Assembly (NCBI GenBank): GCA_000002445.1
Contig: CM000208.1
Coordinates: 1,632,001-1,696,000 of the forward strand
DNA: 64,000 nt
Direction of reading: 5' to 3'
DNA from: Trypanosoma brucei
Lineage: Eukaryota
The notes beneath the pieces are model-generated. The model searched no databases. It was not told the origin of the DNA and worked only from the letters and a program-made list of their open reading frames with translations. This document shows, piece by piece, positions 10,328 through 20,754 of the stretch (position 1 is its first letter; each line of letters begins with the position of its first letter). Both the position numbers and the translations under genes were made by a program.

Positions 10328-11689
10328 ATGGTTGTGAATTCTGATGGGGTGCTTAAGGACAACTACACAGATGATCAAACATCGGAAGAAGACCCTAACG
10401 GTGATAACATAAGGACAAACAGGTCAAGCGATGATGGCCCAAGGAGGGGCATAATGAGATTTACTGAGCCGCTGTTTAGTCGGGTGATACCACACGGTGG
10501 AACCCTTTCCAACACTTTCACTTTTGCCTCGGCTACCCTCGGTGGAAGCATAGTCGCCCTGCCATGGGCTTTCCACGCGGTGGGAATAGTGATGGGTACC
10601 GTCTACCTGTTTTTGATGACATTAGTGACTGCATACACCGTCACCATTATTGGATTTGTCATGAAGAAGTCGCGATTCAGTGGCTTCGAGCAGATGTCCC
10701 TAGTTGTGCTGGGCCGGGGTGCTGCCTACTTGATGTCCGTTGTTATGGGCGCCAGTTGTCTTGGTGCTGCTGTCGCTTATGTCATCGCCGTGCGCACTTT
10801 GCTTGAACCGCTACTGCAGCAGTCTCCGTTGACGTCAAATTTTTTTGGAACGACCGCGGGTGTCCGCCTAACAACATTTTTTGTTTGGCTGTTGGGGATG
10901 CTTCCGCTTGTTCTGCCAAAACAGATCAATTCCCTGCGCTACTTCTCGGCGATTGGAGTAGTTTGTGTGGTTTACTTTTCAGTCGCCATAATTGCACACG
11001 CCACTATGGCTGGAGTACCGAAGCGTGGTGACGTTTCAATGTTTCAGGGTGGAAACATCGCAGTTGAGGGATTTGGTATTTTTATCTTTGCGTATCTATG
11101 TCATTGTGTTGCATTCCAAACATACTATGAAATGAGGATTCCCAGTGTGAGAAAATTATTTATTTCAACTACCATCGCCATGATATTTTGCTCTGTACTG
11201 TACTGGTTTGCAGGCGTGTTCGCCTATTTGGAGTTCGGCCCGGAGGTTAAAGACTCAGTGTTGTACATGTATGATCCCATCAGTGATCCCATGATGTTCG
11301 TTGCGTACGTGGGGCTCGTTGCCAAATTATGTGTTTCCTACGCGATGAATATGCTTCCTTTGCGAAACACAGTGTATTTCCTCCTTCAGTGGGAGATTCA
11401 GCAGCTACCATATTGGAAGCACACAGCTGTAGTGACGGTAATGTCCATATTGGTACTTATTTGTGGCATTTTCTTTCCCAAGATCAGCACTGTGTTTGGT
11501 TTCGTAGGCTCTGTTTGTGGCGGCCTCATTGGCTTTATTTACCCCGCTCTTTTCTACATGTATTCAGGAAACTGGTCATTGGCGACTGTTGGATGGTTTC
11601 ACTACATCATGACCTACTGCGTCTTAATGCTTGGTGTCGCCAGCGTGGTGTTCGGCACGGCGGCGACGATTTATGCGATTATCAATTAG
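10328..11689 (+). CDS. amino acid transporter (AAAP / Aa_trans family)
   Basis: ORF 10304..11689 starts at TTG. The first ATG is at 10328. After a hydrophilic N-terminal tail there are about 11 hydrophobic segments. The FTEPLFSRVIPHGGTLSNTFTFASATLGGSIVALPWAF motif region is typical of trypanosomatid amino-acid permeases. Confidence 0.8.
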   Translation: MVVNSDGVLKDNYTDDQTSEEDPNGDNIRTNRSSDDGPRRGIMRFTEPLFSRVIPHGGTLSNTFTFASATLGGSIVALPWAFHAVGIVMGTVYLFLMTLVTAYTVTIIGFVMKKSRFSGFEQMSLVVLGRGAAYLMSVVMGASCLGAAVAYVIAVRTLLEPLLQQSPLTSNFFGTTAGVRLTTFFVWLLGMLPLVLPKQINSLRYFSAIGVVCVVYFSVAIIAHATMAGVPKRGDVSMFQGGNIAVEGFGIFIFAYLCHCVAFQTYYEMRIPSVRKLFISTTIAMIFCSVLYWFAGVFAYLEFGPEVKDSVLYMYDPISDPMMFVAYVGLVAKLCVSYAMNMLPLRNTVYFLLQWEIQQLPYWKHTAVVTVMSILVLICGIFFPKISTVFGFVGSVCGGLIGFIYPALFYMYSGNWSLATVGWFHYIMTYCVLMLGVASVVFGTAATIYAIIN

Positions 11690-12267
11690 TCACACTTTGT
11701 GTGAGGTTTCATGTGCGTACGTAATGCCTGGTTTTCTTGGCACCGCAGTTTGTTTGTACACACAAACTTTTGGAGCGTCTGCCCTTTGTTTTTTCGCCGC
11801 GGGGCGAGGGGGGAGTTAATAGGAGGGATACGGCGAAAGGCGCGTGTTCGCTGTCGTTTTTCTTGATGTTTCTTCCACAGCTGCTCCTGTTCCCCATTTT
11901 TCCACACATAGAAATAGATGCGTCTTCACTAACCAAATGCGTCCAGGGGGTTCGCCCCATATTTGTTTTATTCCTCTCTCTTTTAACGAACATTAATTGT
12001 GAATCGTGGTCCCATAGCGGTGAATAAATAACGGATATACCCACTTTGGCCACTGATAAAAGCGACCGTGATAACCTTGCTTGACAGTGAAGGGAGTATG
12101 AGTCATATTGCGCTACTGAAAGAATCACAAGATAAGTGCGGCAGGATGCAAAGTGCCATAACGCTCGAGAGGAGGGGAGAGGGAGTGCGGGGTCAATTGT
12201 ACCAATAAAGTAAGTCGATTCCTATGCTTCCCTGTGCAGCGAATGTGGAAAACGCAGAAGAATTTAA

Positions 12268-12290
12268 CTTTTTTCCTTTTTTTTTTTACT
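12268..12290 (+). promoter_or_regulatory. polypyrimidine tract upstream of HSP60 (candidate spliced-leader acceptor signal)
   Basis: cttttttcctttttttttttact lies ~160 bp upstream of the ATG at 12448. Confidence 0.4.
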
Positions 12291-12447
12291 GAAGCCGCGT
12301 GACACAATCAACCATTGCTCCATCAAATACGTGGGGAAAACAACAACAACAACCAGACTTACTCTTCGCCCCACCCCCTACTACCACAAAAAGTTAACAG
12401 GTAACATTAAAAGTGAAAACGCAGACTAATAACAATAAGATCCGAAC

Positions 12448-14136
12448 ATGTTCCGCTGTGTCGTCCGTTTTGGTGCCAAAGACATCCGTTTTGGCACGGA
12501 AGCACGTCAATCTATGCTGAAGGGCGTACAACGCGCTGTGGAGGCTGTTGCAACGACCCTTGGGCCTAAGGGACGTAACGTGATTATCGAGCAATCGTAC
12601 GGTGCTCCGAAGATCACGAAGGATGGTGTAACCGTTGCGAAGTCGATCGAGTTCAAGGACCCGTTTGAGAACATGGGTGCGCAGCTCGTGCGGCAGGTGT
12701 GCAATAAGACAAATGACCTCGCGGGTGATGGAACGACGACATCGGCTGTCCTCGTTGCAAGCATCTTTAGCGAGGGTATCAAATCGATTGCAACCGGGAC
12801 GAATCCCATTGACATGAAGCGTGGTATGGACCGCGCCGTGGAGGTGATCCTGAAGAACATCGAATCTCAGAGCCGAACGGTAACAAATACGGAGAACGTT
12901 GTGCAGGTTGCGACGATTTCCGCGAACGGTGATGTTGAACTCGGCAAGCTGATTGGGGAGGCGATGGAGAAGGTGGGGAAGGATGGCGTGATCACAACAC
13001 AAGATGGGAAGACATTGACGACTGAGCTGGAAGTTGTGGAAGGCATGAGTGTGGACCGCGGTTACATCAGCCCGTACTTCGTAACTGACGCGAAGACTCA
13101 GAAGGCCGAGCTTGAAGATGCGTTCGTGCTTGTGTCTGCAAAGAAGTTGAACAACATTCATACGATCTTACCGGTGTTGAATCACGTGGTGCGCAGTGGG
13201 CGACCATTGCTGATCATTGCGGATGATGTGGAGAGTGAGGCCCTGACGACGATGATTTTCAATAAACTTCAAGGAAAGCTAAAGATTGCGTGCGTGAAGG
13301 CTCCAGGTTTCGGGGACAACAAGGCTGCGATGCTGCAAGACATCGCCATTTTCAGTGGTGCCTGCGTTGTTGGTGAGGAAGGCAGTGGTGTGGAACTTGA
13401 CGCTGAGAAATTCGACGCCAGCATCTTGGGGAGTGTGAAGAAGGCAACAATCACGAAGGACGATACAGTACTGTTGAACGGTGGTGGCGACGTTGCGATG
13501 ATGAAAGAACGCGTGGACCTGCTGCGCGGGCTCATTGAGCGCGAGACGAGTGACTATAACCGCGAGAAGCTTCAAGAACGTCTTGCAAAACTGAGTGGTG
13601 GCGTTGCCGTAATCCGCGTTGGTGGTGCTTCTGAGGTGGAGGTGAACGAGAAGAAGGACCGCATCACAGATGCCCTGTGCTCGACCCGCGCTGCGGTGCA
13701 GGAAGGCATTGTCCCTGGTGGTGGCGCTGCGTTGCTGCGTGCGAGCAAAGCATTGGACGGATTACTACAGGATCAGTCACTCACCGCTGATCAACGGACT
13801 GGCGTGCAGATCATCCGTAACGCGGTGCGGTTGCCCGCCCACCGCATTGTTGCCAATGCTGGAAGGGAAGGTGCTGTTGTTGTTGAGAAGGTGCTCGAGA
13901 ACACTGATGCCGCTGTTGGTTACGATGCGCAGCTTGATCGCTACGTGAACATGTTTGAAGCCGGAATAATCGACCCCGCGCGTGTGGTTCGTGTTGCGCT
14001 TACTGACGCTGCGTCTGTTGCCAGCCTCATGATGACGGCAGAGGCCGCGGTTGTGGATTTACCGAAGGATGATGCACCTGCTGCAGGTGGTATGGGAGGC
14101 ATGGGTGGTATGGGAGGTATGGACGGCATGTATTGA
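12448..14136 (+). CDS. HSP60: mitochondrial chaperonin HSP60 (GroEL/Cpn60)
   Basis: 562-aa protein carrying the GroEL signature block [16 protein letters not shown]. It ends in the characteristic [16 protein letters not shown] repeat. The N-terminal presequence ([11 protein letters not shown]) is consistent with mitochondrial targeting. Confidence 0.97.
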   Translation: MFRCVVRFGAKDIRFGTEARQSMLKGVQRAVEAVATTLGPKGRNVIIEQSYGAPKITKDGVTVAKSIEFKDPFENMGAQLVRQVCNKTNDLAGDGTTTSAVLVASIFSEGIKSIATGTNPIDMKRGMDRAVEVILKNIESQSRTVTNTENVVQVATISANGDVELGKLIGEAMEKVGKDGVITTQDGKTLTTELEVVEGMSVDRGYISPYFVTDAKTQKAELEDAFVLVSAKKLNNIHTILPVLNHVVRSGRPLLIIADDVESEALTTMIFNKLQGKLKIACVKAPGFGDNKAAMLQDIAIFSGACVVGEEGSGVELDAEKFDASILGSVKKATITKDDTVLLNGGGDVAMMKERVDLLRGLIERETSDYNREKLQERLAKLSGGVAVIRVGGASEVEVNEKKDRITDALCSTRAAVQEGIVPGGGAALLRASKALDGLLQDQSLTADQRTGVQIIRNAVRLPAHRIVANAGREGAVVVEKVLENTDAAVGYDAQLDRYVNMFEAGIIDPARVVRVALTDAASVASLMMTAEAAVVDLPKDDAPAAGGMGGMGGMGGMDGMY

Positions 14137-14440
14137 TGCTGAGGCAACCTGAGAGCGTTGAGCAGGTGTTGTCCTGGTCATAATGTTCCGCACAGAATTG
14201 AACGTCATCATTATTTATTTATTTATTTATTATTATTCAGCTCGTGTTTTAAATTAATTATTATCATTATTATTGTCGCTTCAGTAGGGTTCTAATTCCA
14301 GGTTATTCGAGTTGTCGAGTCTGTGGTTCGCGGGGGGGGAGACTCTTGGAGGGAGGTACTGTGTTTGAGATTTTGTTGTAGATATGGATGATAGCGTCAA
14401 CTTGTCTTTTGTCTTTGGCCTTCCAATCATTATGTATATA

Positions 14441-14471
14441 TTTTTCTGTTTTTTTTTTGCCTCTTCTGTCT
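14441..14471 (+). promoter_or_regulatory. polypyrimidine tract upstream of the CDC20-like gene
   Basis: A 31-nt T/C-rich run lies 40 bp upstream of the ATG at 14512. Confidence 0.4.
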
Positions 14472-14511
14472 AGGTGTTTTATTTTGTCTTTTTTTGATTC
14501 ATCGATAGGTA

Positions 14512-16305
14512 ATGGACGGTGGCTTCCCTTGGACCAAACACGTGGAATGGAACCGTTTTCGAAACTTAGGTGAAGGTGTTGGTGGGTTTAAAGGCTTTAG
14601 GTGTTGTGGGGGCGGTCAAATGCGTGGTCTATGTGGCACGGAGCTCAGTGTGTGTTGTGACTGTTGTTTAGCTGTTAACGAGAGCGTACATAATCGCCTT
14701 GCGGTTGGCTTGAAAAGGGCAACACCTGAGCCGTTGTGGCAGCCCACCCGTTTAACTTCACCGTACTGCATTTTGTGTGCGAATGGCCTTCGGGATGATT
14801 TCTACACTTCGTGTATGTCCTGGGGTAGGGAAAGTGTTGCCCTCTCTTTGGGTGAAAAAGTCCTTTTGTTTAAATCGTCTTCCCCACGTGAGAGTGCGGT
14901 TTCTCTGAATTTGAGCGGGGAAGCCTGCGGTTATTCAGAGTCAATATCATCAGTAGCTGTTTCCCAGTTTTCGGATTCTCATTGCTTTCTTGGCGGCGTA
15001 AATGGGGCTGTTGGGTTGTATGAGTCACATGGGGGTGGAGAATTATCACTATCGAGCTCCTTTGAGATGCCGCCCCCTCTCTTTGGGGGTGATTTGGCTT
15101 CCGAGGCTGCTTTTAGTGGTGCAACCACCAGTATACGCTGCCTATCGACAACTAATGTTCATCCGTGGGTGGTAGCTGCCGGGACGGCGGCGCATGGACT
15201 TTTTGTACTTGATAGCCGTTTTACAACCCCTGCTGCACGGATGTGTGGCTCCGACCTGTGGAACTCAGTTGATTGTAGACATTCTCAGAGACCACTGTAT
15301 CCTTCTGAGGCGATTTCGCTGCTTTCGTCTTTGAATGGCATTTGCGGTGTGTCGTGGAACTCGTCTGGTTCCCTGGTTGCGACAGGGGAAAGTGGCGGCT
15401 TGGTGAACATATGGTCCCTTTCTAACACTCGTTCTCCTGTGCAGCGGATTAGATTGCCCAGCGCTCATACGACGGTGAAGGCCGTTGCGTTTCACCCGAC
15501 CAACCCATACGAGCTAGTTCTTGGTGGGGCTGCAGATGATGGCTGTGTCCGCGTTTATGATGTCTCATCTGCGACGCCGCATTACAAGTGGGGCGTATCT
15601 ACGGGATGCCAAGTGACACAGGCATTGTATTCTCCTGACGGTTCATTCATTGTTTCTGCACACGGCGCACGGCTCAAGGCCAGTGTAGCCATTGACGCGG
15701 CCAGTGCTCAGTCGCACGCGACAAGAGCCGGTGTATCGCGTACTGATAGCGGTGGAGGGGGTTGGGGAGCAGGTGATGAGTTGCAGTGGTTGACAGAGAA
15801 GTTTGAGCGGGCTATGAAATGTAGCGAGAATGCGGCAGAGTCCTCGATCGACACGTGTTTAGGGTTCAACAGGGCGTCGAGTTCTGGACTGAACGAGGCT
15901 AAGCCCTTATTGTCGGAGGCGCCACCTTTCTCTCTTGTGATGTGGAGGAAAGGTACGCAGCACCAGGGAACGACCCCAATGAGTTTCACCCACGGGAGTG
16001 GTATCCATCATCAGTGTGCCGCAGGTTCACCTTCACGCCGGTGTGAACCACTTCCACTTGTTTCTATGTACACGATGATGGGCCATCGATCGCGACCGCT
16101 GCAACTTGCAGTCCCTTTCTCACAAACTGCAGACCAGGGCTGTATTGCCTCAATCGCTGGCGGTGCTGATTGTACAATTCGGTTCTGGAAGTGTTTTTAT
16201 TCTAGAAGCGAAATGGTAAACTGGGGGCAGCGTGTGTGCGCCTCGTTAAGGACTGCGATCACAGAAGAGGATGTTGAAGAAATGACGGCCATGCCTCTGC
16301 GCTAA
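14512..16305 (+). CDS. CDC20/Fizzy-family WD40 protein (APC/C co-activator-like)
   Basis: WD-repeat blades show Cdc20-like blocks: ICGVSWNSSGSLVATGESGGLVNIWS, HTTVKAVAFHPTNPYELVLGGAADDGCVRVYDV and SPDGSFIVSAHG. A long insertion precedes the last blade (ADCTIRFWKCF). The protein ends in LR, resembling the IR tail of Cdc20/Cdh1. Confidence 0.6.
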   Translation: MDGGFPWTKHVEWNRFRNLGEGVGGFKGFRCCGGGQMRGLCGTELSVCCDCCLAVNESVHNRLAVGLKRATPEPLWQPTRLTSPYCILCANGLRDDFYTSCMSWGRESVALSLGEKVLLFKSSSPRESAVSLNLSGEACGYSESISSVAVSQFSDSHCFLGGVNGAVGLYESHGGGELSLSSSFEMPPPLFGGDLASEAAFSGATTSIRCLSTTNVHPWVVAAGTAAHGLFVLDSRFTTPAARMCGSDLWNSVDCRHSQRPLYPSEAISLLSSLNGICGVSWNSSGSLVATGESGGLVNIWSLSNTRSPVQRIRLPSAHTTVKAVAFHPTNPYELVLGGAADDGCVRVYDVSSATPHYKWGVSTGCQVTQALYSPDGSFIVSAHGARLKASVAIDAASAQSHATRAGVSRTDSGGGGWGAGDELQWLTEKFERAMKCSENAAESSIDTCLGFNRASSSGLNEAKPLLSEAPPFSLVMWRKGTQHQGTTPMSFTHGSGIHHQCAAGSPSRRCEPLPLVSMYTMMGHRSRPLQLAVPFSQTADQGCIASIAGGADCTIRFWKCFYSRSEMVNWGQRVCASLRTAITEEDVEEMTAMPLR

Positions 16306-16999
16306 GAGGGGCGCGCACATATCGAAACGTGTGCGTGCTTATAGATATAGAGATAATTTGGTGAGTCGCCCCAGTGGCGGTTCCGTCCCTCTCCTCCTTC
16401 ATAACGTTATATGTTGTTTGTTTGACACGCTTGAAGTCCCTCGCGTTTTTTCACACCCTAATAGCGAAGTAAGCCATTCACCCGCGGGACTCCCCGATCC
16501 CTCATTTTTTTGATTGGTTACCTCGTTGCATAGACACATGGCAAGAACATTATTTTCTTGAGCAAACATGTGGCCGGCGTTGTTTTATTTATATTTTTTC
16601 CCCTTAGAATGAAAGAGAGCGATGACAGTAAGGATGATGTTTTAAAGACCATGTGGGTCCTTTTCACTTTGTATCAAGTCTCACAACGGCTGTAGAGATA
16701 GCGGCCGAATTTCGGGCGAAGATTTTTCAAAAAAGTAATTAGTTAGAACGCGTGCCGCAAATGGTGGTGCAACTCCTCCTATTTCTTTTTTTTAAAAAAA
16801 CATCGATTATTGTTTCAGCTACGAGCGTGTGGTAAACTAGTTGGTGGTGCACCCCGCATCAATTCATCTTTGGAACGTCTGCATGGAGGTTGGTTGGTTG
16901 TGGCCACCTAGAAGAACTCTTCTTTACACACCCTTTTTTTTATTCGTAGAATATCTTAGACACGAGGGTTTGTAGCGTATTTGTCCCCACCAGTGAGGA

Positions 17000-18214
17000 A
17001 TGGAGTATCGGTGGCTGAATAGGGTTCTCACTGTGGAATTATGCATGTCCATCATAGCCTTTCATCTCGTGCATTTCACCGGAATCGACTGGAATGCTTA
17101 CATGCAGGAGGTGAAGGGCTTTCTGGATGGGGAGCTCGACTACATGAAGTTGAAGGGTGACACCGGCCCTTTGGTGTACCCCGGCGGTTTCGTATGGTCC
17201 CATTCCGCACTTTATTTCATGACGAAAGGTGGTGTTGATGTCGAGATGGCACAGTGGCTGTACTTGGGGATCTATGTGATGGTGCTGGTGTTAGTTGCAC
17301 ATTTGTACTACAACTCGGGGCTTCGTGGGAGGTTGTTCATTCGTCTCCTCCTTTCCAAGCGAATCCGGTCACTCTTCATGTTCCGGCTCTTCAACGATTG
17401 TTGGGCCATGTTTCTGGTCTACTTGTCGGTTATCTGTTTCGCCAGGGGGCGGCGATGGACTGTTGGATGTTTGTTGTACAGTATGGCCGTGTCAGTAAAA
17501 ATGAACATTTTTCTCTTTGCTCCTGGTCTTCTACTGATTCTGTGCAAATCACTTCCTTTTACCGGGGTGGTCAGATGTCTCGCAGTGTGTGCATTGTGGC
17601 AAGTAGTTGCGGGGCTGCCCTTTCTTCTCCACAATCCACGGTCATATATTGTACGGTCGTTTGACCTTGGTCGTGTATTCACGTATCGATGGACTGTCAA
17701 TTTCAAGCGCATCTCGGAAGAGATATTTTTTTCGTCCAAGTTTAGCAGGAGTTTGTTGGTGATGCTAGCTGTCAGCTGGTTGTTAGTGTGTTTCCGGCGT
17801 TGGTCCAAGCGTGCTTACCGGCGTGGCCGGTGTGAGAAGCGAGAGGGGACTGTGGTACTTGTGGGTGCGTCAGATGAAGAGGTCTTTCACAATGTCACCT
17901 TAACCCTGATGGAGTCTAATATGATCGGCGTTATCTTCGCTCGTTCATTACACTATCAGTTTTTTCTGTGGTTTTTCTACTTCGTACCGTTTGTCCTCTC
18001 TGCCACACGACTACCGCTGGTGGTGAAAGTGGTTGCCTTTTTAGCAATCCAATACGGATTCGAGGTGTACCCGAGCACAACCGCGTCATCCAGTGTTCTT
18101 CTGAGTGGCTTTTTGTGTGTGTGGCTGGGCATGCTCCTTTTTCCCTCTGAATATAGCGAGACTACTGGAAAAGAGACGACGATAACCCTTACAGCTGTGA
18201 AAAGGGGAAAGTAG
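17000..18214 (+). CDS. ALG3: ALG3 dolichyl-P-Man:Man5GlcNAc2-PP-dolichol alpha-1,3-mannosyltransferase
   Basis: Multi-pass membrane protein. The conserved ALG3 N-terminal block GIDWNAYMQEVKGFLDGELDYMKLKGDTGPLVYPGGFVW matches. Numerous hydrophobic segments follow. Confidence 0.8.
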   Translation: MEYRWLNRVLTVELCMSIIAFHLVHFTGIDWNAYMQEVKGFLDGELDYMKLKGDTGPLVYPGGFVWSHSALYFMTKGGVDVEMAQWLYLGIYVMVLVLVAHLYYNSGLRGRLFIRLLLSKRIRSLFMFRLFNDCWAMFLVYLSVICFARGRRWTVGCLLYSMAVSVKMNIFLFAPGLLLILCKSLPFTGVVRCLAVCALWQVVAGLPFLLHNPRSYIVRSFDLGRVFTYRWTVNFKRISEEIFFSSKFSRSLLVMLAVSWLLVCFRRWSKRAYRRGRCEKREGTVVLVGASDEEVFHNVTLTLMESNMIGVIFARSLHYQFFLWFFYFVPFVLSATRLPLVVKVVAFLAIQYGFEVYPSTTASSSVLLSGFLCVWLGMLLFPSEYSETTGKETTITLTAVKRGK

Positions 18215-18840
18215 GCAACCGGAACAAGTGATCTTGGAAACAGTGGCACATGGGCGGAACGACATCACCGTGCGCAACGCAAATCGTCGTTGGTGGACCG
18301 TTATCGTTCGCTGTTTCATCTTTGAACTGTCCAGGTGGTTTCCGCTCGTCGTTTTGCTGTACTTCGTAATGCGATGATCGGCTGTAGTTCACCTGAATGT
18401 TGTTAACACGCGGAGCGGTATGGCCTTGATAAGATGGCAGGCCTCACTACTCCCTCTGATTTATAATTTCCATTTGGGCCATTAGTGTGTGTTCTGGCTG
18501 TTCCATCGTTTTTTGTGGCCTTTGTTTTTTTTTTTTCGAACCCTCAAAGCATTCTTTCCTACGTGTTTGTCTCCCCGTATTCTTTGCATCGTTGGCATAG
18601 CGACGTGTAAGAGCGGTTGCCGTAGTTTAAAGGATCAGAAACGATAGGAAGGGACGGAGGGAAAGGTGTGTCGAAGAGACTAAGAGAAACAAAGGGCAAT
18701 TGGGTCGCGTCGGGGTCAGGCCAGAGGTGTTCTCTGCAGTTCCTCTCCATCGTTTTGGGTGACGATTGGACCCGCAGAGCCGTGGTGCAGTGGAGCGCAT
18801 CCTCGACCCCCTTAGCCTTCCCTCTCAGCAGTTGTCTGTG

Positions 18841-20754
18841 ATGGGATTCTTCTCGTTTAAGAGCAACGAGAAACTGAAAAGTGGCGCTGATGGAAGGAAT
18901 GCCACCGGAAGTGGAAGTATCAAACCGTCTGGTCCCACCGATGGCGACGGCGGATTCTCAGGTTCGTCCGGCCGTCCTGTTGCACTAACTGCAGAGGAAC
19001 ATCACGAGGGCGTCGACCCACTAGGATATATGTCACACTTGCCCGTCACTGATATCATAGAGCTCTACACCAGTTTCCGCAACTCACTGCAGGAGTGCCC
19101 CGATCTTGTGCAAAAGAGGTATTTCGTGAGCACCGTGAAGACTCTTTCCTCCCAAATGAAACTGAGAGATTTCAGTGAAAAGAGTATCAGCACACATGAC
19201 GGCACAAAACTGCCGATAGTTAAGCGTGTCTTGAGGGAAGTTCCTTCCGTGCGCTCGCGGCTAGCACTTGCGTTGCAAAATTTCTGTCACGTCACCGATT
19301 GGGAGCTGGAAAATGAGGAAATCGAGTGCGGAACTGGTCTTCTTGCCACTCTCCGTGGCGAGTCATCGCGCTTGAGGAGCGGCCATGAAGTAGATGAGGG
19401 CGAGAGTGCGGCCAGATTGATCCCGCGTATGGATTCCTTTGATCCAACCCATATATACAACCTGGTTTCGACAACTGATAAGTTACCTTCGATGCAGGAG
19501 ATGGCCGAACTGATCCGGAGGACGAATGAGTTGCTCCTTCAGGAGGTTAACGTTGTGCTGGTGTCTGCACCATGCGTTGTGGTAGGTGACATACATGGAC
19601 AGAAAAAGGATCTCATAGACAATGTTCTTGCGGCGGGTGGGCCAATAGCCCCGTGCGGCACCGATGCGGTACCCGAGGGTAAACCTGATGATGGAGCAGC
19701 GAAACCCGCAGGGCGGAATTACTTATTTCTAGGGGATATCGTCGACCGAGGTCCAGAAAGCTTGGGTTGCCTCGCGCTTTTGTTTGCTGCTAAGCTAATG
19801 GCACCCAAAAGCGTTCATCTTCTCCGGGGGAATCACGAGAGCTCTGAGACAAACCGCAATTATGGTTTCCTGAGAGAGTGCTGGGAGCGGTACCCGATTA
19901 ATAGTCCGGGGGGCGGTGGTCCTACAGCCTGTACTGGTGGTAACACCGCAATGGACTGCGTGTGGGAGCTTCAAAGTCATCCCCTGTGGGTACTGGCGAA
20001 TGAGACGTTCCGCAGTCTTCCTCTTTGTGCAGTTGTGACAGGGGAGGCTGCCTCTCCTTCTGCTCTCCCCAATTGCGGCAAACACAGGGAAGGTGACCGT
20101 CAGGGCGGCCTCACTTTGTGTGCGATGCATGGTGGCCTTTCGCCTTTCATCGCCGAGAGTCTCGACGGTATTTTGGCTGTTAATCGGTTCCGTGACATTG
20201 TCGATGGTCCACTTGCGGACCTAACGTGGGCCGATCCCGTATCAGCGCTGGCTCTGTTTTCTCCTGGAAATGTAGCTGCTGCGGCAACAACAGCTGGAAA
20301 TGTCGGAAGTGAATTGAGCGATACCAACAACGGTGCCCCGCCTCAACAGCAAGAAGGAAGGTTTCAACATCATCGCATGGCCGTCCAGCGCAGTGAACCC
20401 GTTCCCACAACCAGCGCGACTGTTGGCCACGTGCTAAGCTCCAGAGGCCGCGGTCACAATTTCGGTGAGGACGTAACGCTGCGGTTCCTTCGGAAGAATA
20501 AAATGGATTTTATTGTGCGTGCCCATCAGTGTGTGATGGAGGGTTATGAGTGGCAGCACCAGCGGCGGCTTTTGACGCTATTTTCCGCCCCCAATTACTG
20601 CGGCTGCGGCAACAAGGGTGCTATTCTCATCGTACACGAACGCGGAGACCCCGAGCTGGTGCAGTTTGAAGCAGCTGGTATTCAGATTTGCGGTGCCATT
20701 GCGGCAGTGAGTCCGAAACCGTCACCGGTCCCACCAAAGGAATTTTGTAGTTAA
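18841..20754 (+). CDS. PPP-family Ser/Thr protein phosphatase with kinetoplastid-type extensions/insertions
   Basis: ORF 18766 starts at TTG. The first ATG is at 18841. All PPP catalytic motifs are intact: GDIHGQ, GDIVDRG, GNHE, HGG (CAMHGGLSP), LTWADP, RAHQ and SAPNYCG. There is a ~250-aa N-terminal extension and a ~100-aa insertion between GNHE and HGG. Confidence 0.85.
   Translation: MGFFSFKSNEKLKSGADGRNATGSGSIKPSGPTDGDGGFSGSSGRPVALTAEEHHEGVDPLGYMSHLPVTDIIELYTSFRNSLQECPDLVQKRYFVSTVKTLSSQMKLRDFSEKSISTHDGTKLPIVKRVLREVPSVRSRLALALQNFCHVTDWELENEEIECGTGLLATLRGESSRLRSGHEVDEGESAARLIPRMDSFDPTHIYNLVSTTDKLPSMQEMAELIRRTNELLLQEVNVVLVSAPCVVVGDIHGQKKDLIDNVLAAGGPIAPCGTDAVPEGKPDDGAAKPAGRNYLFLGDIVDRGPESLGCLALLFAAKLMAPKSVHLLRGNHESSETNRNYGFLRECWERYPINSPGGGGPTACTGGNTAMDCVWELQSHPLWVLANETFRSLPLCAVVTGEAASPSALPNCGKHREGDRQGGLTLCAMHGGLSPFIAESLDGILAVNRFRDIVDGPLADLTWADPVSALALFSPGNVAAAATTAGNVGSELSDTNNGAPPQQQEGRFQHHRMAVQRSEPVPTTSATVGHVLSSRGRGHNFGEDVTLRFLRKNKMDFIVRAHQCVMEGYEWQHQRRLLTLFSAPNYCGCGNKGAILIVHERGDPELVQFEAAGIQICGAIAAVSPKPSPVPPKEFCS

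Noticed and set aside
12394-13161. 255-aa ORF on the minus strand
   Set aside because: It lies entirely antisense to the highly conserved HSP60 coding sequence. Antisense frames of GC-balanced conserved genes are often open. No domain or independent signal was seen.
17254-17808. Alternative-frame and antisense ORFs (17254..17664 +, 17419..17808 -) inside ALG3
   Set aside because: They overlap a well-supported membrane-protein CDS in other frames. The translations are low-complexity and not protein-like.
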